DNA of 63,208 nt, the filler included, from Sphacelaria rigidula (Eukaryota): the NCBI GenBank assembly GCA_964200075.2. It is 11 parts of 11 records of this genome, joined end to end, with 100 filler letters (N's around TTAATTAATTAA, not from the genome) between each part and the next. Parts side by side here need not be neighbours in the genome. Positions count along the whole stretch, not along the records: positions 1 to 5,656 come from CAXNAA020025503.1; positions 5,757 to 11,412 come from CAXNAA020025504.1; positions 11,513 to 17,168 come from CAXNAA020025505.1; 8 more parts are not named here. One strand, written 5' to 3'. Below the pieces are notes generated by a model that made no database searches, was not told the DNA's origin, and saw only the letters and a list, made by a program, of their open reading frames with translations. The position numbers were made by a program, and so were the translations under genes. Positions 1 through 11,593 of this stretch are shown here, in pieces. How positions within the stretch are numbered: position 1 is the stretch's first letter; every line of letters begins with the position of its first letter.

Positions 1-29
1 AATGGAAAGCAGATGAAACAAAGAAGAGA

Positions 30-1390
30 GTGAAGGCTAAGGCTAGGCTTGTAGCGAAGGGCTTCAAGCAGAAGTATGGTGTGGACTATCTTGAAACTTT
101 CTCGCCTACTGCAAATGCTGCATCGATGCGATTGCTAGTAGCGTTGGCGTGCAAGTACAACTTGGAATTACTTCACTGGGATATTGAGCAAGCGTTTGTT
201 CAGTCGGACTTCGATCACGAGGTGCTCATGAAGTTGTCTCCTGGCTGCGATTCGATGTTAGGAAAGGTTGTCCGTTTGAGCAAGAGTGTGTACGAATTGA
301 AGCAGGCACCTACAACATTTTACAAGAGGCTAGTGTCGGACCTGAAGAGGATTGGTTTCGAGCGGTCTCTGTCTGACCCCTGTGCCTCGCGTTTCATGAT
401 GGGAGACGAGGTGGTGGGTATGGTCGCGATTCACGTGGATGACATTCTGTATGCAAAAACTAAGAGTCTTGCCAAGGTGGTAGTGAAATCGCTAGGTGAC
501 TCTCTTCCTACGAAGAATTTGGGTGAGGTCAAATTTTGTCTTGGTTGCACATTTATTCGCGACTGCGAGGCTGGCACGATTGAGACTTCTTACGAGAGTT
601 ACATCAGGGGTGTTTTCGAGAGATTCAATATTTGTCGCACCAGCTCGATCCTTGCTTTCCTTGCCAACGATAACAGGTCCTTGATGGAGAATGATGGGGC
701 AGGAGATGTGCCAATCTGAGAGGTGGTGGGGATCCTGATGTGGATCGCCAACCAGACAACGTCCGATATCTCGAATGCTGTGCGGACGGTGGCGAGGCAC
801 TCTCACGAGCCAAAGAAGAGCCACTGGAAGGCAGCCCAGAAGATTCTGCATTATTTTCTGGAAACGGCGCATCTAACTCTGAAGTTCAAGCAGGACAGTA
901 CGGTAGATGTAGGCACGTTGGTGTACGTAGATGCCGACTTTGCAAGTAAGGCCGCTGACCGTAGATCAGTTTCGGAAGCGTTGATTTTTGTGGCTGTCAT
1001 GCTCGTAGTTTGGATTTCTAGGACGCAAAATGCGTTTCATAGTCGACTTCTGAAGCAGAGTATCTTGCGATGGGTGATGGTGTGAAGGAGGCTCTGTTTG
1101 TGAACGGAATGCTTTAGTTCTTGAGGCCTAGTGTGCAGCCTCGTAAGATTGAGGTACTTGAGGATAACGAGGGTGCAATTGTGCTTGCAGATAATCCGCT
1201 TAGCTCGTGCAGGAGTAAGCACATTGACGTGAGGCACCTCTCTCTTAGGAATTCGACCGAGGAGGGTGTGATCGAGATCACGCATGTTCCCAGCGAAGAA
1301 AAGTATGCGGTCATCCTCACGAAGGCTCTGCCGAGAGATCGTCTTGAAGTTCACCGTGATTTTGTCCTTGGCTCGAGAAATGAGAAGTAG
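30..1390 (+). pseudogene. Copia reverse transcriptase - RNase H (interrupted)
   Basis: ORFs 30-719, 723-1085 and 1121-1390 are consecutive pieces of one RT-RNaseH, separated by stops and a frameshift. Confidence 0.92.
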
Positions 1391-1460
1391 GAGTCTGTGT
1401 CGTGATTTGTTTTCTTTGGTATATATTTGGTCTGGTACATACAACAGCCCCAAGGAAGGG

Positions 1461-1670
1461 TGTTCGTGATAGCGGCCGTAGTATCGACTGATTTGCGTAG
1501 AACATCTGATTGGACGATTTGAATAACGGAACTGTCGATCTGTAGGTTGCTGAGCTGCCACATATTTTAGAATTGCGAAGAACGTTCGCGGTCCTATCTG
1601 TTGCTTATGTAGGAGTACTCTTTGTAGATACTGCGTTAGTCCGAGAATGGAATTTGTGGTGCGGGGAACA
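1461..1670 (+). repeat. Candidate single LTR of the Copia element, preceded by a polypurine tract
   Basis: AAGGAAGGG (1452-1460) is followed directly by TGTTC, and GAACA at 1666-1670 gives a 5-bp terminal inverted repeat. The 3' boundary cannot be confirmed with only one LTR; an alternative end is ...ATCA at 2006. Confidence 0.6.
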
Positions 1671-2076
1671 ACTCGAGGTTTTCGTGGTACGTAACGAAAT
1701 GCGTTGGTCCGAGTTCCGTGGCTGGAACCATGTAGAACCTTGCTGAGGTTCCGGAACGTTTCCGGAACTTGTCTTTGGTTCTTTGGTTTGCAGAGTTTGT
1801 TGGTGGTAGATGACATAAGCTCACCTACCGTGCTCACTCCACTTCCCCGATCCGTCTCTCCGGACCAAGGTCTCAATAATACAACATATTTTTCTCCAGA
1901 AGTCACGAGTTTACCAACACGCTATAGCGCATCAGTCGACTGCTGCTTCATCTCCCTGGACTGTGCACAAGACTATCGAGGGAAGCTTGATCAGCCTGTC
2001 TCATCATAGCTGAACCGGGAACAAGGATCCTGCGGTTGACCCAGCTGAGAGTGGATCGCAGGAAGTTGGTGAGAGA

Positions 2077-3351
2077 ATGGGTTCCATAGAGACAGAGTTG
2101 TCTCAGCTTACGACTCTAGTCTCGTCGCTAGTTGAGCAACAGCGAGAGAAAGTGGAGTCCTCTGGTTTTGTAGCTGCCGCGCCGGGAGGCGGCGGGCCAC
2201 AGACTAGTATGCATCTTTCTGACTATGCTACTGGTGGGACCGCGGGAAGTACGGGCGGCGATGCCCAAGGCTTAGGCATGTCCAGCATGCGGGTTGGGGG
2301 TAGTAGTCTTGCAGACTCAGGCTTGAACCCTCATGTATCTGCTGTAAAACTTTCCTCGGTTGCTGCAGTAAATTTTGGTTCGATCGGGACTGTAGGTGGG
2401 GCATTGGGTCAGTCTTCTGGTCCGCCCGCTTCTACTCTGTCGAATAAGTGGTGGGAAAACGTCGACAGTTGAAACGCACTGATTCCTGGGGCTGGCGTTT
2501 TTGACACAGGAGAGAAGATGGGCAGGGGTTCTTTCAAAGTTTCCAAAGCTCCTCTTTTTGATAGTAACGACGTGTCGTATCCCTCATGGTCGCAGAACTT
2601 TCTGTTGAGTGCCCGACACAACTATCTGTATAAGGCGTTTGTTTCTGAGGCTGAGATTCCAATTACAGACATTGACTTCGACTTACCAAAATGGTACTGT
2701 TGTTGAAGTTTTATACAGACAGTAATCTAGCTACTCATTTCCTTCTGAGTTTTGACTGTAGAAAATTAGCGGTGCAATAGTTTCCGGTTCATAAAAGTCC
2801 CCAGCAATGACCCTGGGTGCGGTACCGTTTCATGTGGATCATTGATGGTAGATATCTTCCAAGCTGAGCCGCGTAAGCTCGTAGGATACCACAGTGTGCT
2901 CCTGTTGTTTGTGAGTAGCGTACTGTACTCTCGTAGGTGGAGGAGAAACTGAAGTCGCTACGCATGCGTTCGAACGAGACTCCCACAACCGTCTTTGCAT
3001 CCGTGAGAGAGACGCTTGGTGTTCTACAAATAAATGCTTGAAGTCAAGAAAGATGACAGAGAGGTGTGCAACCTCATGCTTGAAAGAATGTCTCAAGACT
3101 TTGCGTGAAACGCTTGTGGTGTTCTGTCCGAATGACCCATCGTTCATAGAGAGAAGGATCACTTGAGGAAGGATTGCCTGACCCGCGTGATCGCTCATCC
3201 TACCCAGACCGGAAAATCCGAGAACGACGAGGATGAGACTGGTGAGAGGTCTAGTTTGGTGTTGCTCTCTCAAACCATCTTGAACAACTCGAGTGATCTG
3301 ACGTGTCTGGTAGAAGTTTACGATGCCATGCTGCGTGAAGCGCTTGTTTAG
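2077..3351 (+). pseudogene. Degenerate Copia gag region
   Basis: Lies between the LTR and integrase. Fragments KAPLFDSNDVSYPSWSQNFLLSARH and ILNNSSDLT...YDA are gag-like. Multiple stops; no zinc knuckle or protease DSG motif is visible. Confidence 0.6.
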
Positions 3352-3384
3352 TGATGATGCTGTTCGTGTATTCTCTTCGCTTGT

Positions 3385-4640
3385 ATGAAGTATGTAAAGT
3401 CTTTCCACAAGAATGTAAAAGGGATTGGTGGCGTGACTTGTGAGGTAGCACTCTCTGGAACACTGGAGTTGGTGTTCGTGACTGCTGACAGCGAATTTTC
3501 CGTAGAGTTGGAGAACGTGTTGTACTCTCCCAACTCAGGATATACCTTCTTTTCCCCCAGCGCAGAGTTTGATGGCAAGTCATGCGATGGTCTTCGTGGT
3601 CCTGATGGTGTGATGACTGCTCACGACGAACATGTTACTTTTCAGAACTTCGATGGCATGCTAATTGCGACTGCGTATCGTCTGGGAGATGACTCTGTTG
3701 GTTCGGTGTTGGCTGCCCTCACTCCTTCAAACCCCAAGCATGAAAAGAAGATGGATGTGGACGAGGTCCATACCATTTATCCTCATTCACACGAGGGATT
3801 GCTTCGTACAACTGCAAAACGACTAGGTACCGAGTTGACCGGTGACATGCATTCTTGTACGGGATGTTCGATGTCGAAGGCTATTAGGAACGGAATTGCT
3901 CATGAAACTCAAAGTAAATCGGATAAAAAGTTGGGCAGATTTTTTGTTGACCTGGGAGGGAGGAAGGACGTTGCCTCCGTAGGGGGTAAACACTACCCCA
4001 TGATTGTGAAGGATGATTTCACGATGCGTGCATGGATGCATTTCCTGAGAAGTAAATCAGACGCTGGGAGTGTCTTCCGAAGTTTTGTTGCTAGTGTGTG
4101 TGCTGATGGAATCCCATCATTGGTTGAGATTGCTAGACCTGACAATGGAGGGGATTTTTTCGGGGGGGAGTTTGCATCCGTGTGCAATGAGCTTTTGATC
4201 AAACAAGAGTTCACTCCGGCGTACAGTCCCAAATATAACGGTGTTGCAGTGCGTGGATTGGGACTGATTGAGGAGGCCGCTATGGCGGCTCGTACTCAGA
4301 CGAAAGTTCTGTTTGGGCATGTGCAGTTACCCAAGACTAACAGACTCTGGGCTGAGGCAATGCACAGGGCTTGCGAGGCACTTACCCACACAGTGTGCTC
4401 TGCTAACCCTGACGCTAAGTCGCCGTATAAGATGTGGTATGGAGAACCTCGTCCTGCTAGACCGCATCCGTTTTTGAAGCCGGCTTACTGCAGTTGGCAG
4501 CGACCGTCTTAGCTACTACCGAAAGGTGAGAGTTGCTTTTATGTCGGTCCTTCAAGAAACCACCCGCGTGATTGTCATAGAGTACTTACGAGGGCTGGGA
4601 CTATTCAGGAAACGAGAGATGTGACGTGGGAGGCGTTGTC
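3385..4640 (+). pseudogene. Copia protease C-terminus / GAG-pre-integrase / integrase core
   Basis: H..HEGLLR...CTGC zinc region, VDLGG and PDNGGDF acidic residues, TPAYSPKYNGVAVR (catalytic Glu replaced by Val), LWAEAM. Stop at 4512, with homologous sequence continuing after it. Confidence 0.92.
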
Positions 4641-5656
4641 GTCACAGCTCCCTCCACCGCAACCTCCTCTGCCGATTAAGATCGCGGAAGAGGGAGGGGA
4701 GGAAAGTGACGACGATGTAGAAGCTGAAGTATGGCCGCTTGCAGGAAGGGGAATTCAACACATTCGTACGTATTCGTGTGAATCGTGACGCGGTGTTACC
4801 TGATGGTGCAGGAGCCGATGAGGTTGGCAGTATTGATGCAGGCAGTGTAGGCCAGTCCCCTTCTGTTCCATCTTCTCCCTCTGTACCGTCTTCGCCCGTG
4901 AACACCTCCTCTAGTAGAGCGGCTCCCTCTGTGTCTCCTCCAGCACTTGAGATTGACGGGGGGGGCAGGGAGGGCAGGGGGCAGGGGAAGTAGAGACGGC
5001 GGATCGGGGAGGGGATGATGAGGCAAAGTCGACTGGGCCGGGAGGGCATGGTGATTTAGAGTCGATTAGGCCGGGAGAGCAGGAAGTAGAGGCGGAGGCA
5101 CCCCCTCCAGCCGCTCGTCGTCTGCGGTATGTCGCTGAGCTTGCTGATTTTAATAATGCTGCGCGTGAGAATGATGAAGTAACAGAAGGTAGAACTCGTG
5201 CGCAAACCCGTGCAGTTAATCAGCAGAGCGTGTCTGGCCTTGTGACCACCCTAGCACCCATCTCCGCATCAGAGATAATGTGTGCACTCTTAGCGGAACA
5301 GAGAGCCGGTGACGTCGTGGAATTGCCGAAAGAACTCGTTCAGAATGTTGAGTCAGAGCCTGGTGGCTATCAAGAATCGCGGCAATCGAAGCTCGCAAAG
5401 ATTTGAGATGGAGCCATGTCTGCAGAAGTTGAAGGCTTGATAAGAGCAGGAACGTTCACGTTAGCAGTAAAGATCCCAGTAGGCTGTGATGTGATTGATT
5501 CCTAGATGGTTTTCAAATGGAAAGCAGATGAAACAAAGAAGAGAGTGAAGGCTAAGGCTAGGCTTGTAGCGAAGGGCTTCAAGCAGAAGTATGGTGTGGA
5601 CTATCTTGAAACTTTCTCGCCTACTGCAAATGCTGCATCGATGCGATTGCTAGGGT

Positions 5657-5756
5657 NNNNNNNNNNNNNNNNNNNNNNNNNNNNNNNNNNNNNNNNNNNN
5701 TTAATTAATTAANNNNNNNNNNNNNNNNNNNNNNNNNNNNNNNNNNNNNNNNNNNN
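5657..5756. other. Artificial contig linker (also 11413-11512, 17169-17268, 22924-23023, 28679-28778, 34434-34533, 40189-40288, 45944-46043, 51699-51798, 57454-57553)
   Basis: Identical 100-nt N-TTAATTAATTAA-N blocks (stops in all six frames) separating segments of 5655-5656 bp. Confidence 0.98.
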
Positions 5757-5784
5757 CCCAAGAGTCTACAGGTGAGGGAGGTGA

Positions 5785-5912
5785 GGGTCGTTTGACTATT
5801 GATCCCGCATCCTTTTCGAGACGGAGCACCGTTCCTACTCCTGATAGAGCCACCTCCAACATTCCGGTGCTCATTACGTTTCATCCCTACATGACACAAA
5901 AACCTTTCACGT
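5785..5912 (+). repeat. G-tract-anchored dispersed repeat, family A (other copies approx. 11915-11955-, 16628-16683+, 17119-17168+, 23024-23058-, 45260-45435+, 49586-49652+, 51548-51612-, 57638-57710+)
   Basis: Consensus read from the copies: Gn-CGTACTCATTTGTTGCTTGCCTTAGTCGTTTGACCRTTGACCACGCATCCCTTTCGAGACGGAGCACCG. Confidence 0.85.
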
Positions 5913-6249
5913 CGGGGGGCGGGGGTAGGGTTGAGTTGAAAGTCAAGAGCATTTTTTTACCGGCGACTCGTGTGATTCATGCCAGTGTGAAGAAGAAACG
6001 CAGCACACATGCGGCCATCACTCAAGAACCACTTATTTTGCACGAGGCTCGCGGCTTATTGGCTGCCCCAAACCGAGCACATGTGTTCTAATCGCCGACC
6101 TCTTCTATAATATATCGACCACGCATTTCCCGCTGAAATTGGGGGTTCTTGTTGTTATTTAAACAATCGAGCCTTGAGTCTCATCTATGGAGACAGGACT
6201 TAGTTCGTATTTTCTGAGTGGGTATCAATTTTGACGCTACACGCAGAAC

Positions 6250-6631
6250 AGTGTGTGTGTTGTGTTGCGTTGTCATCCCATCTATTCTGGCCGCTAGTCT
6301 ACACGTGTCGGCATATATATATATATATATACGGACGCATCAGTCGGGGTCACACAGGAGGAACGTCAGCACAGGATTTTTTTTATCTTGTATTTTGTTT
6401 CATTCCACCTTCCTCCTGCGGTGCTTGACTTAATTTTTATCGCGAGAACGGTTCAGTCGTACCTTTCCCTCGTCGACCGAGAAGTCGAACTTTGTGTGCC
6501 CACGATATGGTCGCTCTCGACTGTTCGGCATGATGTGAGAAAAAATCCCAGATCGTGTGACTTCACGGAAATTCGAACCCACGTCGCAACCGCCAGAGGG
6601 TGTCAAGGTTATACCAACTGAGCCACCGGTC
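6250..6631 (-). mobile_element. tRNA-derived SINE, near full length
   Basis: The minus strand begins CCGGTGGCTCAGTTGG (A box) ... GGGTTCGAAT (B box) and ends ...AGAATAGATGGGATGACAAC-(CA)-rich tail. The same 3' half recurs at least six times in the window. Confidence 0.75.
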
Positions 6632-7095
6632 CCAGCAATCATATTACACCGGGGCGTATGTATGATAAATTCGCTTTCATTTTGCTCACCACATCGCATA
6701 CCTTGCTACCGCGATATAGCGCCTACCCTGAGACTTAGAAGACGACAGGGCCTCCTGGATCGAACACAAATAATATAAACCTTTAATGCGCCATTGAAAC
6801 ATCCTCCATCGATAAATGCCCGCACATGCGAATTGACGGTCTTATTTGTAGCCATTTGTACCCGCAGTTCACGTACTGTTACGATGTCGGGCTCTTGGTC
6901 TTATTGGCGCCTTGGAGCTGAGCGAATATTATTTTAATTTGATTATATGGTCAAGTTCCCTTTTTTTCACTCGTTTTCCGGCTTATAAAGTTCTCAACTT
7001 ACAGCTTCGTAAGTGGTGGTGGCCGCATCTGTGGCGCAGTCAGTTGGGGCGGGGACTCCAAGCATTAAATAAATGTACTGTAAGGCGCACGCATG

Positions 7096-7980
7096 CTATC
7101 CGTCCAAAATAGATCTAGAACATATTATCTCATGAACGTCTGTTGAGCTTAGCTCTCTCGAGCGAATGGCAAATGCCACGACATTGATGTCACCATATGC
7201 TATGAGAAAGCGCTGACGTCTCTCGGGCTCTCGTGGATTGTCCAAAAACAAAATGCGCGCGTGGTCTCTCCTATACACCGTGCTGTCGAGGATACATGCT
7301 CGGGTCAGAGCGTCTCTTCAATTTGCCGAAAAATAGAAAAGGCGTCAACTTCGCCATGAAGATATCCACGGCGTCCCACGAGATCTCATCAGGTGTGGAC
7401 AGCGCTTTCAAGAAATTTTCTGCTTCACCTTCCTGTTGTATGTTACCCCACTCGTGCAAGGAGACGGATACTGTTGGCGATCCAGTAAGCAACCTCAGAA
7501 GGAGACGGGGCTGGCCGGCGGTCTACTGTCGGCGATGGGATTTATCACCCCCCGGACGAGTATCAACCTCCATTATCAAGTACACTGCGCCGGTCATGCC
7601 GTTGCTGAAAACTGTATCGCCGGGGATATATTGCCCAGATATTTCCCCAAAGTGGATCTTGTGCCAGTGCGGGGGTTTCGTGTTCGAGAAATTCGAGGGT
7701 GACAATTGAATCATTCTGGGGTGATATACTTCGTCACGCAAATGCGGGACAACTATGACGTCAAGACACGTGTCTGATCCATCACAAACTCATATCCCTC
7801 TGCCGAAAGAACACGAGAGACGGGGATCGGCCGTTCGGATGGTGAAAAACCTACAGATCAATCAACCACTGACTGGATGTGCGACATCAGACTCTTCTTG
7901 TCATACGAGGTCAGGTACTATGCTTCACAGAGAAATGCGTTTGGTACGAATTGTGAATAATGGATCGATTTTGTAGCCCA
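7096..7980 (-). pseudogene. Fragmented coding-like region, unidentified
   Basis: Successive protein-like minus-strand ORFs (7523-7741, 7271-7492, 7096-7278) with no intron signals and no recognisable motif. Confidence 0.25.
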
Positions 7981-8591
7981 GAAGCTGTCCTCTCTTACCC
8001 TTGTACCAAATTATGATCGGGTGTCCATGATGACCCAACAAGGCAAGGGGGGATTTAGGTGCCGTTTGTTGCTATGATACTGTCCGACGACATGAAGTAC
8101 AGAACAAAAGGAACAAGATGCCTCAACAAGTGGATGGCATGAGGGGTCAGTATCGAACTTCACTCGTTCTCTGCAATAACTAAGGCTTCCTCTACTGTAC
8201 AAGGCACGGTAGAGCATAGTATCGTAAACAGCACCAGCGTGCCACCCCAACACACAGCTGTAGCAAGCCTCAAGGTCATGTGTCTCACACTACAGCCGTA
8301 CAGCGTGCGACACCCGCGCGCCGCTATAGTACACCAAGCACCGTAGTACAATCACAGCAGCGTGGTAAGTATAACGTAGATGTAGTTTCGAAGCGAGGGC
8401 GGGACACCTACGATTGCATAGTAGCAGAAACCGGCAGTACGATACCGTGCGATATAAACTATACAGCGGGTGCAGGTATTCTCCAGTGAAGCATGCCATG
8501 GTTGAGCTTGGTGGCATATGGTTGGAGTTGGACTTTTCCATTTGTCAACTCCTTTCGCGATGAAAAAAAAGGCAAGCACCGCAGAAGGAAG

Positions 8592-8593
<2 letters not shown>

Positions 8594-8642
<49 letters not shown>

Positions 8643-9060
8643 CGTCCCATCTATTGTGGACGCGTGTCTACACCTGGGTGTATGTGTGTGTGTGTGTTAT
8701 CGTCCCATCTATTCTGGACGCCGGTCTACACCTTTGGGTATATGTGGGCGCACCAGCCGGGGTCACACAGGAGGAAGGTTAACACAGGAGTTTTTTCTTT
8801 TTTCTTTGTTTTTAATACCGCACCCTTCTTCTGCGGTGCTCGCCTTTATTTTTTATCGCAAGAGGGGTTCAGCACTCCCTTTCCCTCGTCGACCGTCAAG
8901 TCGAGTTTTGTAAGGTGGACAACGAAAACAAAACAAAAGGGAACAAAAGCTCCTGAGTTGGCCTTCCTCCTGTGTTACCCCGGCTGGTGCGCCCACACAT
9001 ACCGAAAGGTGCAGACCGGGGTCCAGAACAGATGGGACGACAACACACACACAACCCATC
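8594..9060. repeat. Cluster of SINE 3' fragments with (GT)n tails, including an inverted pair (also 12365-12455, 19345-19460, 22835-22923, 27420-27500, 57383-57453)
   Basis: Repeated TCGTCCCATCTATTCTGGACGCCGGTCTACACCTTT...GGGGTCACACAGGAGGAAGG motif. 8697-8795 and 8945-9045 are reverse complements. Confidence 0.85.
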
Positions 9061-10164
9061 ACATGATGATGGGGTCGGACTTTTCACGGCCTGTCGTCGA
9101 AGCGTTCACAGTACAATTCTCTGTTGACACGATGCCACGGTAACGGCTGCACATTTGGGTCTGGGTGTTCATCATTGAGGGGCTTCTAAAGTTAAGAGCT
9201 ACAGGAGAACATCAGTCGTCAGGACTTTTCCGTTTAAAAGTTCATTCGAGATATCCGTACCTCTCCGTTGGGATGCTAATCGTGGCGTGTTCCTACATTA
9301 TGTCCAACTAAGATTACGTGTGAACGCTCCCGTGCAAGCGGGTCAATTAGACCTACCCTTCAAACGTTACACTTCACAAAACCCTTCAGCTCTACTTCAC
9401 CCTGTGACTTTTTTCATTTTCGAAAGCTTGATGAGATAGTGCAATGTTTTCCCATCATCGTTCACGTTCGACGAGGGCAAGATTCGACCTTCGACCCAAG
9501 CAGTCAGTGCCTGAAAGTGTGCGCGTAATAGGCAATTTGCCGCGATTCGGTGAATTTTGGAGCCGGATTTTACTGTCTCTGTCTGTACTGTCTCCACTGC
9601 TTGCAAGCAGTGTCTTGGGTGCGTGTGTGCGTGTTTCGTTCAGGAGGATATAGAAGAGAAGCGGGCAACGTGCAGTGCATACAGCCCAGGACTATCAGTT
9701 CTCTCTTCTTACAATGCGACGTCAAGAGGACTTCAGCAACGTACAGCTTTGTGCTGCCTGCACTGTCCATGGGCGTGCACGCAACTCGGTTGCGCACCGT
9801 ACCACGCAGTTCCGTCGCTGATCCGTACCATGAGAGGAGATGCAAAGTCAAGTTTTCGCCAACAAAACTAAACAAAGCACAACCAATTACTGTACTGCAG
9901 TGTATCTATCCATGGGCTCAACTCGTGCGCTATGCTGCAGGATTGCGGTGGTAGCTGAGAATGAGTTGGATGGAGTTGGCATGGTCCTGTGAACAGGTGT
10001 TATCTAGCGTGGTCTGTAAGATAGGAGTCAAGTGCCGCTTCGTGCCTTTTGACCGCATGTTTTCGATCCAACACGATTGTTTTCAACATCGTTGCATTCT
10101 TCTCCGCGCGCCCCTAATTATAATTTTGAGTTGAAGCCTTCTGGGAGCATGAATGCGGTGCACG

Positions 10165-11412
10165 TATCAGATCGGCGAAAAAAAAATCGACCGCACTTTT
10201 TCGATCGAAAAATAAAGTGCTAAGGGCGTGTCTTCGGCCAGCTCTCGAGGGAGCGGTCCAAAATTCCTGTTTAAAACTACCTTTTGGCCCTTCTCCGTCG
10301 ATTTACGCCCGAAAAGAGGGCTAGGCGGATGTTAACGCCTCGGAATGACTTGCTCTACTCGTTGAGACCATTTTAGGGCAACTTTTACATTTCCCGCTGG
10401 CCGCACTTTTGTTTTTGGTCAAACCAGGCCAAACACGAATTTTCAGTATAAAACGGTCAGGTGATAAAAAAATCCCCCTTTTCGTTGATCGCTCGACCGT
10501 TTTTTGTTGAAAGTCCGTGTTTGGCCAAAAATGAAAATGCGGCCAGCGGGAAATGCAAAAGTTGCCCTGGAACGGCCTCAATGAGTAGGGCAAGTCATTC
10601 CAAGGCGTCAATATCCGCCTAGCCCTCTTTCAGACGAGAAACGACGGAGAAGGGCCAAAAAGGCAGGTTTAATCAAGGATTTTAAACGGCTGCCGTTAGA
10701 GTCGGTCTTAGAACATTGGTTTTCGATCGAAAGTGTGCGGTTGAAAAGAAAATCCCGATCTGATAGGTTCAGATTTCATCCATCTTCACAATTTTCGACG
10801 ATGGTTGAAATTACGACCTATCAAATCAGGATTTTTGTTCTCCACCGCACATTTTAGATCGAAAACCAATGTGCTAAGACACGCCCTAAGGCCAACTCGA
10901 ATGGGAGTCGTTCAAAATTCCTCTCGAAAACTGTCTTTTGGGTCCTTCTCCGTCAATTTACGCCCGAAAAGAGGGCAAGGCGGATGTTGACGTCTTGGAA
11001 TTACTTGCTCTACTCGTTGAGACCATTCTAGGGCAACTGTGCATTTCCCGCTGGCCGCACTTTTGTTTTTGACCAAATGAGGCCAAACACATATTTTCAG
11101 CAAAAAATAATGAGGTGATGAAAATCCCCCCCTGTTTTTTGATCGCTCGACCGTTTTTAATTGAAAATCCGCGTTCGGCCAAATATGAAAGTGCGACCAG
11201 CGGGAAATGCAAAGTTGCCCTGGCGCGGTTTCATTGCGTAGAGCGAGTCGTTCTAAGGCGTCAATATCCCCCTAGCCCTCATTCAGGCGAAAAACGACGA
11301 TGAAGGGCCAAAAAGGCAGTTTTCAACAGGAATTTTGAACGGCCCCCATTAGAGTCGGTCTAGTCGGTGAGACCGACTCTAATGGGAGCCGTTCAAAATT
11401 CTTGTTGATAAC
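10165..11412. repeat. Array of alternating ~260-bp inverted arms (tandem foldback units, period ~650 bp)
   Basis: Arm TTTTGGCCCTTCTCCGTC...CATTTCCCGCTGGCCGCAC at ~10165-10432 and ~10817-11088; reverse complement at ~10519-10768 and ~11172-11360; a fifth arm starts ~11371 and runs into the contig end. Confidence 0.9.
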
Positions 11413-11593
11413 NNNNNNNNNNNNNNNNNNNNNNNNNNNNNNNNNNNNNNNNNNNNTTAATTAATTAANNNNNNNNNNNNNNNNNNNNNNNNNNNNNNNN
11501 NNNNNNNNNNNNGCCAGTCCACCCCCCCCCCCCCCCCCTTCCCCTCTCCCTCCCTCCCTCCTCCCCACTGGGTACCCCCATATAATGACGCAG

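Larger units (their letters stand above)
1..5656 (+). mobile_element. Ty1/Copia LTR retrotransposon, degenerate, circularly permuted in this contig (RT-RNaseH, PPT, LTR, gag, integrase, RT start)
   Basis: Copia RT motifs ([36 protein letters not shown]), RNase H motifs (YVDADFA, EDNEGA, SKHIDVR), integrase upstream of RT, and many stops/frameshifts. Bases 1-138 are repeated exactly at 5516-5653. Confidence 0.95.

Noticed and set aside
1037..1906. 289-aa minus-strand ORF
   Set aside because: Antisense to the Copia RNase H/LTR region with no recognisable motif; likely a shadow ORF.
6560..6631. Functional tRNA gene
   Set aside because: A and B boxes are present, but I see no convincing acceptor stem or cloverleaf, and it continues into a multi-copy SINE body.
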